From Eledone cirrhosa (lineage: Eukaryota), in the NCBI GenBank assembly GCA_964016885.1, contig OZ024741.1, positions 15,314,001 through 15,378,000 of the forward strand: a stretch of DNA of 64,000 nucleotides, written 5' to 3'. The first letter of the stretch is position 1, and every line of letters starts with the position of its first letter. Positions 52,201 through 64,000 of this stretch are shown here, in pieces. The notes beneath the pieces were generated by a model. The model ran no database searches. It was not told the DNA's origin and saw nothing but the letters and a program-made list of their open reading frames with translations. Made by a program: the position numbers and the translations under genes.

Positions 52201-55200
52201 TAAGTATGTGTACATAGTTCTCTGTATCTACACAACGCACCTATAATATGTGTACCTAGTTCTCAGCCACTACACAGCACACCTATAAGTATGTCTACCT
52301 AGTTCTCAGCCCCTACACAACACACCTATAAGTATGTGTACCTAGTTCTCAGCCCCTACACAACACACCTATAAGTATGTGTACCTTGTTCTCAGTATCT
52401 ACACAACACACCTATAAGTATGTCTACCTAGTTCTCAGCTCCTACACAACACAGCTATAATTATGTGTACCCTGTTATCAGTCCTTACACAACACAGATA
52501 TAAGTATGTGTACTTAGTTCTCAGCCACTACAAAACACACCTATAAGTATGTGTACCTAGTTCTCAGTATCTACACAACACAGCTATAAGTATGTGTACC
52601 TAGTTCTCAGCCACTACACAACACACCTATAAGTATGTGTACCTAGTTCTCAGCTACTACACAACACACCTATAAGTATGTGTACCTCGTTCTCAGTATC
52701 TACACAACACACATATAAGTAAGTGTACCTAGTTCTCAGCCACTACACAACACACCTATAAGTATGTGTACCTAGTTCTCAGCCCCTACACAACACACCT
52801 ATAAGTATGTGTACCTAGTTCTCAGTATCTACACAACACACCTATAAGTATGTGTATCTAGTTCTCAGTATCTACACGACACACCTATAAGTATGTCTAC
52901 CTAGTTCTCAGCTCCTACACGACACAGCTATAATTATGTGTACCTAGTTATCAGTCCTTACACAACACAGCTATAAGTATGTGTACTTAGTTCTCAGCCA
53001 CTACACAACACACGTATAAGTATGTGTACCTAGTTCTCAGCCCCTACACAACACAGCTATAAGTATGTGTACCTAGTTCTCAGCCCCTACACAACTCACC
53101 TATAAGTATGCGTACCTAGTTCTCAACCCTACACAACACACCTATAAGTATGTCTACCTAGTTCTCAGCTCCTACACGACACAGCTATAATTATGTGTAC
53201 CTAGTTATCAGTCCTTACACAACACACGTATAAGTATGTGTACCTAGTTCTCAGCCCCTACACAACACAGCTATAAGTATGTGTACCTAGTTCTCAGCCC
53301 CTACACAACTCACCTATAAGTATGCGTACCTAGTTCTCAACCCTACACAACACACCTATAAGTATGTATACCTAGTTCTCAGTATCTACACAACACACCT
53401 ATAAGTATGTGTACCTAGTTCTCAGTATCTACACAACAAAGCTATAAGTATGTGTACCTAGTTCTCAGCCACTACACAACACACCTATAAGTATGTGTAC
53501 CTAGTTCTCAGCCACTACACAACACACCTATAAGTATGTGTACCTCGTTCTCAGTATCTACACAACACACATATAAGTAAGTGTACCTAGTTCTCAGCCA
53601 CTACACAACACACCTATAAGTATGTGTACCTAGTTCTCAGCCCCTACACAACACACCTATAAGTATGTGTACCTAGTTCTCAGTATCTACACAACACACC
53701 TATAAGTATGTGTATCTAGTTCTCAGCCCCTACACAACACACCTATAAGTATGTGTACCTAGTTCTCAGTATCTACACAACACACCTATAAGTATGTGAA
53801 CCTAGTTCTCAGTATCTACACAACACACCTATAAGTATGTGTACCTAGTTCTCAGTATCTACACAGCACACCTATAAGTATGTCTACCTAGGTCTCAGAT
53901 CCTACACAACACACCTATAAGTATGTGTAAATAGTTCTGAGCCCATACACAACACACATACAAGTATGTCTACCTAGGTCTCAGCCCCTACACAACACAG
54001 CTATAAGTATGTGAACCTAGTTCTCACTATCTACACAGCACACCTATAAGTATGTGTACCTAGTTCTCAGCCCCTACACAACACACCTATAAGTATGTGT
54101 ACCTTGTTCTCAGTATCTACACAACACACCTATAAGTATGTCTACCTAGTTCTCAGCTCCTACACAACACAGGTATAATTATGTGTACCTAGTTATCAGC
54201 CCTTACACAACACAGCTATAAGTATGTGTACTTAGTTCTCAGCCACTACACAAAACACGTATAAGTATGTGTACCTAGTTCTCAGTATCTACACAACACA
54301 GCTATAAGTATGTGTACCTAGTTCTCAGCCACTACAAAACACACCTATAAGTATGTGTACCTAGATTCTCAGTCACCGCACAACACACCTATAAGTATGT
54401 GTACCTAGTTCTCAGTATCTACACAACACATCTATAAGTATGTGTAGCTAGTTCTCAGTATCTACACAACACACCTATAAGTATGCGTATGTAGTTCTCA
54501 GCCACTACACAACACACCTATAAGTATGTGTACCTAGTTCTCAGCATCTACACAACACACCTATAAGTAAGTGTACCTAGTTCTCAGCCCCTACACAACA
54601 CACCTATAAGTATGTGTACCTAGTTCTCAACCCCTACACAACACACCTATAGGTATGTGTACCTAGTTTTCAGCCCCTACAGAACACACCTATAAGTATG
54701 TGTACCTAGTTCTCAGCCCCTACACAACACAGCTATAAGTATGTGTACCTAGTTCTCAGCCACTACACAACACACCTATAAGTATATGTACCTAGTTCTC
54801 AGCCCCTACACAACACACCTATAAGTATGTGTACCTAGTTCTCAGTATCTACACAACACACCTTTAAGTTTGTGTACCTAGCTCTCAGTATCTACACAAC
54901 ACACCTATAAGTATGTGTACCTAGTTCTCAGCATCTACACAACACACCTATAAGTAAGTGTACCTAGTTCTCAGCCCCTACACAACACACCTATAAGTAT
55001 GTGTACCTAGTTCTCAGCCCCTACAAAACACACCTGTAAGTATGTGTACCTAGTTCTGAGCACCTACACAACACACCTATAAGTATCTGTACCTAGTTCT
55101 CAGTCCCTACACAACACACCTATAAGTATGTGTACCTAGTTCTCAGTATCTACACAACACACCTACAAGTATGTGTACCTAGTTCTCAGTATCTACACAA

Positions 55201-58200
55201 CTTACCTATAAGTATGTGTACCTACTTCTCAGTCCCTACACAACACACCTATAAGTATGTTTACCTAGTTCTCTCTATCTACACAACACACCCATAAGTA
55301 TGTGTACCTAGTTCTCAGTATCTACACAATACACCTATAAGTATGTGTACCTAGTTCTCAGCCCTACACAACACAGCTGTAAGTATGTGTACCTAGTTCT
55401 CAGCCCCTACACAAAACACCTATAAGTATCTGTACCTAGTTCTCAGCCCCTACACAACACACCTAAAATTATCTGTACCTAGTTCTCAGTCACTACACAA
55501 CACACCTATAAATATGTGTACCTAGCTCTCAGTATCTACACAACACAGCTATTAGTATGTGTACCTAGTTCTCAGCCCCTACACAACGCACCTATAATTA
55601 TGTGTACCTAGTTCTCAGTATTTACACAACATATCTACAAGTATGTCTACCTAGGACTCAGCCCCTACACAACACACCTATAAGTATGTGTACCTAGTTC
55701 TCAGCCCCTACACAACACACATACAAGTATGTCTACCTAGGTATCAGCCTCTACACAACACACCTATAAGTATGTGTACCTTGTTCTCAGCCCCTACACA
55801 ACAGACCTATAAGTATGTGTCCCTAGTTCTCAGTATCTACACAACACAACTATTAGTATGTGTACCTAGTTCTCAGCCCCTACACAACACCCCTATAAGT
55901 ATGTGTACCTAGTTCTCAGCCACTACACAACTCAGCTATAAGTATGTGTACCTAGTTATCAACCCTTACACAACACACCTATAAGTATGTGTACCTAGTT
56001 CTCAGTATCTACACAACACACTTATAAGTATGTGTACCTAGTTCTCAGCCACTACACAACACACCTATAATTATGTGTACCTAGTTCTCAGTATCTACAC
56101 AACTCACCTAAAGTATGTGTACCTCGTTCTCAGTATCTACACAACACACCTATAAGTATGTGTACTTAGTTCTCAGCTCCTACACAACACACCTATAAGT
56201 ATGTGTACCTAGTTCTCAGCCCCTACACAACACACATATAAGTATGTGTACCTAGTTTTCAGTATCTACACAACACACCTATAAGTATGTGTACCTAGTT
56301 CTCTGTATCTACACAACACACCTATAAATATGTGTACCTAGTTCTCAGCCCCTACACAACACACATATAAGTATGTGTACCTAGTTCTCAGTATCTACAC
56401 AACACACCTATAAGTATGTGTACCTAGTTCTCAGTATCTACACAACACACCTATAAATATGTGTACCTAGTTCTCAGTTTCTACACAACACAGCTATAAT
56501 TATGTGTACCTAGTTATCAGCCCTTACACAACACAGCTATAAGTATGTGTACTTAGTTCTCAGCCACTACACAACACACGTATAAGTATGTGTACCTAGT
56601 TCTCAGTATCTACACAACACAGCTATAAGTATGTGTACCTAGTTCTCAGCCACTACAAAACACACCTATAAGTATGTGTACCTAGATTCTCAGTCACCGC
56701 ACAACACACCTATAAGTATGTGTACCTAGTTCTCAGTATCTACACAATACATCTATAAGTATGTGTACCTAGTTCTCAGTATCTACACAACACACCTATA
56801 AGTATGCGTATGTAGTTCTCAGCCACTACACAACACACCTATAAGTATGTGTACCTAGTTCTCGGCATCTACACAACACACCTATAAGTAAGTGTACCTA
56901 GTTCTCAGCCCCTACACAACACACCTATAAGTATGTGTACCTAGTTCTCAACCCCTACACAACACACCTATAGGTATGTGTACCTAGTTTTCAGCCCCTA
57001 CAGAACACACCTATAAGTATGTGTACCTAGTTCTCAGCCCCTACACAACACAGCTATAAGTATGTGTACCTAGTTCTCAGCCACTACACAACACACCTAT
57101 AAGTATGTGTACCTAGTTCTCAGCCCCTACACAACACACCTATAAGTATGTGTACCTAGTTCTCAGTATCTACACAACACACCTTTAAGTTTGTGTACCT
57201 AGCTCTCAGTATCTACACAACACACCTATAAGTATGTGTACCTAGTTCTCAGCATCTACACAACACACCTATAAGTATGTGTACCTAGTTCTCAGCCCCT
57301 ACACAACACACCTGTAAGTAAGTGTACCTAGTTCTGAGCACCTACACAACACACCTATAAGTATCTGTACCTAGTTCTCAGTCTCTACACAACACACCTA
57401 TAAGTATGTGTACCTAGTTCTCAGTATCTACACAACACACCTACAAGTATGTGTACCTAGTTCTCAGTATCTACACAACTTACCTATAAGTATGTGTACC
57501 TACTTCTCAGTCCCTACACAACACACCTATAATTATGTTTACCTAGTTCTCTCTATCTACACAACACACCCATAAGTATGTGTACCTAGTTCTCAGTATC
57601 TACACAATACACCTATAAGTATGTGTACCTAGTTCTCAGCCCCTACACAACACACCTATAAGTATGTGTACCTAGTTCTCAGCCCTACACAACACAGCTG
57701 TAAGTATGTGTACCTAGTTCTCAGCCCCTACACAAAACACCTATAAGTATCTGTACCTAGTTCTCAGCCCCTACACAACACACCTATAATTATCTGTACC
57801 TAGTTCTCAGTCACTACACAACACACCTATAAATATGTGTACCTAGCTCTCAGTATCTACACAACACAGCTATTAGTATGTGTACCTAGTTCTCAGCCCC
57901 TACACAACGCACCTATAATTATGTGTACCTAGTTCTCAGTATTTACACAACATATCTACAAGTATGTCTACCTAGGTCTCAGCCCCTACACAACACACCT
58001 ATAAGTATGTGTACCTAGTTCTCAGCCCCTACACAACACACCTACAAGTATGTCTACCTAGGTATCAGCCCCTACACAACACACCTATAAGTATGTGTAC
58101 CTTGTTCTCAGCCCCTACACAACAGACCTATAAGTATGTGTCCCTAGTTCTCAGTATCTACACAACACAACTATTAGTATGTGTACCTAGTTCTCAGCCC

Positions 58201-61032
58201 CTACACAACACCCCTATAAGTATGTGTACCTAGTTCTCAGCCACTACACAACTCAGCTATAAGTATGTGTACCTAGTTATCAACCCTTACACAACACACC
58301 TATAAGTATGTGTACCTAGTTCTCAGTATCTACACAACACACTTATAAGTATGTGTACCTAGTTCTCAGCCACTACACAGCACACCTATAATTATGTGTA
58401 CCTAGTTCTCAGTATCTACACAACTCACCTAAAGTATGTGTACCTCGTTCTCAGTATCTACACAACACACCTATAAGTATGTGTACTTAGTTCTCAGCTC
58501 CTACACAACACACCTATAAGTATGTGTACCTAGTTCTCAGCCCCTACACAACACACATATAAGTATGTGTACCTAGTTCTCAGTATCTACACAACACACC
58601 TATAAGTATGTGTACCTAGTTCTCTGTATCTACACAACACACCTTTAAATATGTGTACCTAGTTCTCAGCCCCTACACAACACACATATAAGTATGTGTA
58701 CCTAGTTCTCAGTATCTACACAACACACCTATAAGTATGTGTACCTAGTTCTCAGTATCTACACAACACACCTATAAATATGTGTACCTAGTTCTCAGTT
58801 TCTACACAACACACCTATAAGTATGTGTACCTAGTTATCAGTATCTACACAACACACCTATAAGTATGTGTACCAAGCTCTCAGTATCTACACAACACAT
58901 ATATAAGTATGTGTACCTAGTTCTCAGTACCTACACAACACACCTATAAGTACGTGTACCTAGTTCTCAGCCCCTACACAACACACCTATAAGTATGTGT
59001 ACCTAGTTCTCAGCCCCTACACAACACAGCTATAAGTATGTGTACCTAGTTCTCAGCCCCTACACAACACATATATAAGTATGTGTACCTAGTTCTCAGT
59101 ATCTACACAACACACCTATAAGTATCTGTACCTAGTTCTCAGCCCCTACACAACACACCTATAATTATCTGTACCTAGTTCTCAGTCACTGCACAACACA
59201 CCTATAAATATGTGTACCTAGCTCTCAGTATCTACACAACACAGCTATAAGTATGTGTACCTAGTTCTCAGCCCCTACACAACGCACCTATAATTATGTG
59301 TACCTAGTTCTCAGTATTTACACAACATATCTACAAGTATGTCTACCTAGGTCTCAGCCCCTACACAACACACCTATAAGTATGTGTACCTAGTTCTCAG
59401 CCCCTACACAACACACCTACAAGTATGTCTACCTAGGTATCAGCCCCTACACAACACACCTATAAGTATGTGTACCTTGTTCTCAGCCCCTACACAACAG
59501 ACCTATAAGTATGTGTCCCTAGTTCTCAGTATCTACACAACACAACTATTAGTATGTGTACCTAGTTCTCAGCCGCTACACAACACCCCTATAAGTATGT
59601 GTACCTAGTTCTCAGCCACTACACAACTCAGCTATAAGTATGTGTACCTAGTTATCAACCCTTACACAACACACCTATAAGTATGTGTACCTAGTTCTCA
59701 GTATCTACACAACACACTTATAAGTATGTGTACCTAGTTCTCAGCTACTACACAACACACCTATAATTATGTGTACCTAGTTCTCAGTATCTACACAACT
59801 CACCTAAAGTATGTGTACCTCGTTCTCAGTATCTACACAACACACCTATAAGTATGTGTACTTAGTTCTCAGCTCCTACACAACACACCTATAAGTATGT
59901 GTACCTAGTTCTCAGCCCCTACACAACACACATATAAGTATGTGTACCTAGTTCTCAGTATCTACACAACACACCTATAAGTATGTGTACCTAGTTCTCT
60001 GTATCTACACAACACACCTATAAATATGTGTACCTAGTTCTCAGCCCCTACACAACACACATATAAGTATGTGTACCTAGTTCTCAGTATCTACACAACA
60101 CACCTATAAGTATGTGTACCTAGTTCTCAGCCCCTACACAACACATATATAAGTATGTGTACCTAGTTCTCAGTATCTACACAACACACCTATATTATGT
60201 GTACCTAGTTCTCAGCCACTACACAACACACCTATAAGTATGTGTACCTAGTTCTCAGCCCCTACACAACACATATATAAGTATGTGTACCTAGTTCTCA
60301 GCCCCTACACAACACACCTATAAGTATGTGTACCTAGTTCTCAGCCCCTACACAACACATATATAAGTATGTGTACCTAGTTCTCAGCCCCTACACAACA
60401 CACCTATAAGTATGTGTACCTAGTTCTCAGCCCCTACACAACACACATATAAGTATGTGTACCTAGTTCTCAGCCACTACACAACACACCTATAAGTATG
60501 TGTACCTAGTTCTCAGCCCCTACACAACACACCTATAAGTATGTGTACCTAGTTCTCAGCCCCTACACAACACACCTATAAGTATGTGTACCTAGTTCTC
60601 AGCCCCTACACAACACAGCTATAAGTATGTGTACCTAGTTCTCAGCCCCTACACAACACACCTATAAGTATGTGTACCTAGTTCTCAGCCACTACACAAC
60701 ACACCTATAAATATGTGTACCTAGTTCTCAGTATCTACACAACACACCTATAAGTATGTGTACCTAGTTCCCAGCCCCTACACAACACAGCTATAAGTAT
60801 GTGTACCTAGTTCTCAGCCACTACACAACACACCTATAAATATGTGTACCTAGTTCTCAGTATCTACACAACACACCTATAAGTACGTGTACCTAGTTCT
60901 CAGCCCCTACACAACACACCTATAAGTACGTGTACCTAGTTCTCAGCCCCTACACAACACACCTATAAGTATGTGTACCTAGTTCTCAGCCACTACACAA
61001 CACACCTATAAATATGTGTACCTAGTTCTCAG
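43288..61032. repeat. 43-bp satellite array (about 410 monomers) with higher-order structure
   Basis: Unit TACACAACACACCTATAAGTATGTGTACCTAGTTCTCAG(CCCC/TATC/CCAC); variant markers recur at 1375, 2321 and 8120 bp. Confidence 0.97.
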
Positions 61033-61744
61033 GTGTTCAGCTGTAGCTGTGAGAATATAAAAGCAAATTTTAAAATATATTTTATTAACAAACGTGGCCT
61101 ATGTTTAATAACACGTTTAATAAACTCAGACTTTGATGTGTATATATGTGTGTGTGTGTGTCTGTGTGTGTATATATATATATGTGTGTGTGCCTATGTC
61201 TGTGTGTATATATATATATATGTGTTTGTGTGTCTGTGTGTATATATATATATGTGTGTGTATATATATATGTGTGTGTGTGCGTATACATATATAAGTG
61301 TGTGTTTGTGTATGTTGATATAGAGAAATATATTAACATTCTTATATATATATATAAATGAAGTATTTTCGCAGGAAAATAAAGGAAAAGAGAGTGCTCT
61401 ATGTAATCTGTAGAGCTTTTTAGTTATGTAATAAATAATCCTATATTTTTTAGTACATAACTATATATATATATATCCATTTGTGGTTGACGGCTGAGAG
61501 AAAAGAGTACTCAATACCGAAGTAAAGTTTTAATATTCATCATATTTAGGCTAAATAATTATTCTTGTTACTCTGGAGTTTCGTCTGTGTGCGTGTATGT
61601 ATATATATATGTGTGTGTGTGTGTATGCGTCTGTGTGTGCATATATATGTGTGTGTGTGTATGTATATGTATGTGTGTGACAGCTCACACCTATGTGTGT
61701 GTGTGACAGCTCACACCTATGTATATGTGTGTGACAGCTCACAC

Positions 61745-61966
61745 CCATGTAGGTTTAGCTGGCCTCCTCCAAGGTATATCTCGTTGGAGGTGTTTTGGGT
61801 GATTTAATGATACGGACCCCATTCCTATCATCTCATTTCTACAGCTGAGTAAACTGGAGCAACTTGAAATAAAGTGTCTTTCTCAAGGAAACAACACATC
61901 ACCCGGTCGGAGAATTGAACTCACAACCTTTCGATTGCAAGCCCAATGCTTTAACCACTAAGCCAT
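61745..61966 (-). mobile_element. tRNA-derived SINE related to 41192-41460
   Basis: Reverse complement of ATGGCTTAGTGGTTAAAGC, GAGTTCAATTC, TGTTTCCTTGAG..ACACTT, ACTCAGCTGTAGAAATGAG. Confidence 0.78.
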
Positions 61967-62400
61967 ATATATACGGTCAGGCAGTTCTCTTCTCACTTAC
62001 AACTGCAGGGATCTGACGTCTGTCTTGTCCCTCTCGACCACTCAGTCTCGAACTTAAGTTCTATTATCGAGTGGTCTTGGATTTCCTACCTTAAGTTGCT
62101 CGTATCTTGCTCGGTTTGTTTGTTTTTCGCTGTTTTGCTACTGTTTTCTCTTTTCTTCCCCATTGCTTTCATTCCCTCCTTCTTCAGTTTTCCCAATAAC
62201 TTACCCAGTTATTGAACGCCTTGGGCGGTAGATATCTTGTCCTTAAGGCGTAGAAATATCCGAGACCCCCAGTAGACAACTGATGAGGAAAACTGCCCCC
62301 CTCCCTTCTTGCTTTCTTCTTATTCCCACTGCATTTTAAGTTACCTTAAATAGCAACTACACAGCCATTTCTATTCTCTCTCTCTCTCTCTCTCTCTCTC

Positions 62401-62476
<76 letters not shown>

Positions 62477-62575
62477 TTATTCCGGCTTGAATCGGAGGTA
62501 ACCACAGTAAGTAAGGTAATGATTTCTCATGAATGAAACAGTTCTAATCCTGTAGAAGCTCTTCTATATTAAAAC

Positions 62576-62607
<32 letters not shown>

Positions 62608-62621
62608 CGCGCATACCTTCC

Positions 62622-62663
<42 letters not shown>

Positions 62664-63097
62664 CACCTCACACACACACGCATATATATATATATATCAT
62701 ATATAGGTTTATGGATAAATATGTATGCACATACTTAAATATATACATATATGTATATATTTATATACATACGCATACACACTCACATATATATATATGT
62801 ATATATATATGTATGTATATATGTATGTATATGTATGTATATATAAGTGAATATATATATACTCATACATACACACGCTATCATCTGGTCCATTCTTCTT
62901 GGCCTTTGTTCAATATTTAATAGGCTATATTATTGCATCAATCGTGTCTCTCTGTGTTTCTCTTTGTTTTAATGGTATATATATATATTTATATATATAT
63001 ATGTGTGTGTATGTGTGTGTGTGTCTATATATATGTGTGTGTGTTTTTATAGACACACAGACTCATACATATATATACTAATATATATATTAATATA

Positions 63098-63140
<43 letters not shown>

Positions 63141-63526
63141 TCGTGCGTGTGTATTTATATGCAAGCACATACGTGTGTGTGTGTGGGTGTGTGTGCGTGT
63201 GCACGTTTATACATTTATATACAAGACGTTATTTTTATATGTGAGCCAAGATTAATATAGAGATGGTATTGTTAATAAAAATTAATATTAAATTGTAAAT
63301 ATGAAGTTTTATATAGAGGAATTTAATATGTTGTGTGTAACATCATAACATCTTCCTTTTGTCTTACCATAAACATAATATTCTCTTGTTCTTATCTTCC
63401 CACATAACGTACATATAATTACATTCTCTTTATTACATATACTATATTATTGTACGGCGGCTTCCATTGCAGAGAACTGGAAAACAAACAAACACTGGTG
63501 TTTGTTCGGTCTGTACTGGTCGTCAT

Positions 63527-63800
63527 CGAGATCTCAGGCGTCCTCAGACCCATTGCCAGCTCACCTCCTCCGTAAAATTGGATCGACTGCAGCCCGTCTG
63601 AGAAAGGAGGCCCGTAAGTTCGGGTGGGGATGTGGTTGCAGCGTATGTTGCTGGCCATTGTTCGTGGAAATGTCTCTGCCATTTTGTTCGCGAGCGCATC
63701 CTAAACACCCCTCCAACCTAACTATAGGTCTCTCTTCCCCCTTTCTTCCGTAGTTGCTCTTTTCCTCCTTTTCCACTCATTTATGGCATTTATAGTCCTT
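63527..63800 (+). repeat. Dispersed GC-rich repeat homologous to 14682-14962
   Basis: Colinear shared blocks, see 14682 entry. Confidence 0.75.
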
Positions 63801-63884
63801 TCCAATATTGCTTTCTTTTTCTGTATGTTTATATAACACTACTACGAAATAATGATTTTTATTATTTATTCTTTACTAAGGGCT

Positions 63885-64000
63885 GTGGATTGGCAGTATC
63901 GGTAAAGCGTCGGACAACATACTTTGGGGCATAGTGTTACTGCCCTTTACTTTCTGATTTCAAACCTCCGCTGACGCTAGCTTTGCCTTTCATCCTTATC
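63885..64000 (+). mobile_element. SINE 5' part, cut by the window end
   Basis: GTGGATTGGCAGTATCGGTAAAGCGTCGG..CTTTGCCTTTCATCC. Confidence 0.8.

Noticed and set aside
43288-61032. CRISPR-like array or repeated 74-aa genes
   Set aside because: No unique spacers, eukaryotic context, no cas genes; ORFs are satellite translations

Overview
Eukaryotic, AT-rich, microsatellite-dense animal DNA. The (TA)n/(CA)n density and Nin/Deu-type SINEs suggest a cephalopod such as Octopus, which is inference only. No convincing host protein-coding gene was found. The only intact long ORF is an 898-aa Penelope-like retroelement (PLE) protein, RT plus C-terminal GIY-YIG endonuclease, at 30107-32803, followed by a minimal hammerhead ribozyme (HHR). 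A 5'-truncated relative with an inverted 5' end lies at about 16.7-17.6 kb. The most striking hidden feature is at least a dozen manually folded HHR motifs from several unrelated sequence families. They sit in short non-coding inserts within or beside (TA)n tracts, arranged either as back-to-back palindromes or as 324-bp and 486-bp partial tandem units resembling retrozyme/circRNA templates. The window also holds a Helitron 3' end, an RTE LINE 3' end, a hAT deletion derivative, about 12 tRNA-derived SINEs and four tandem arrays. These arrays have a 45-bp SINE-head unit, a 42-bp unit, a 59-bp unit with a perfect CRE palindrome, and a 43-bp unit forming a 17.7-kb satellite with nested higher-order periods of 1375, 2321 and 8120 bp. 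All ribozyme calls are by-eye folding and are untested.
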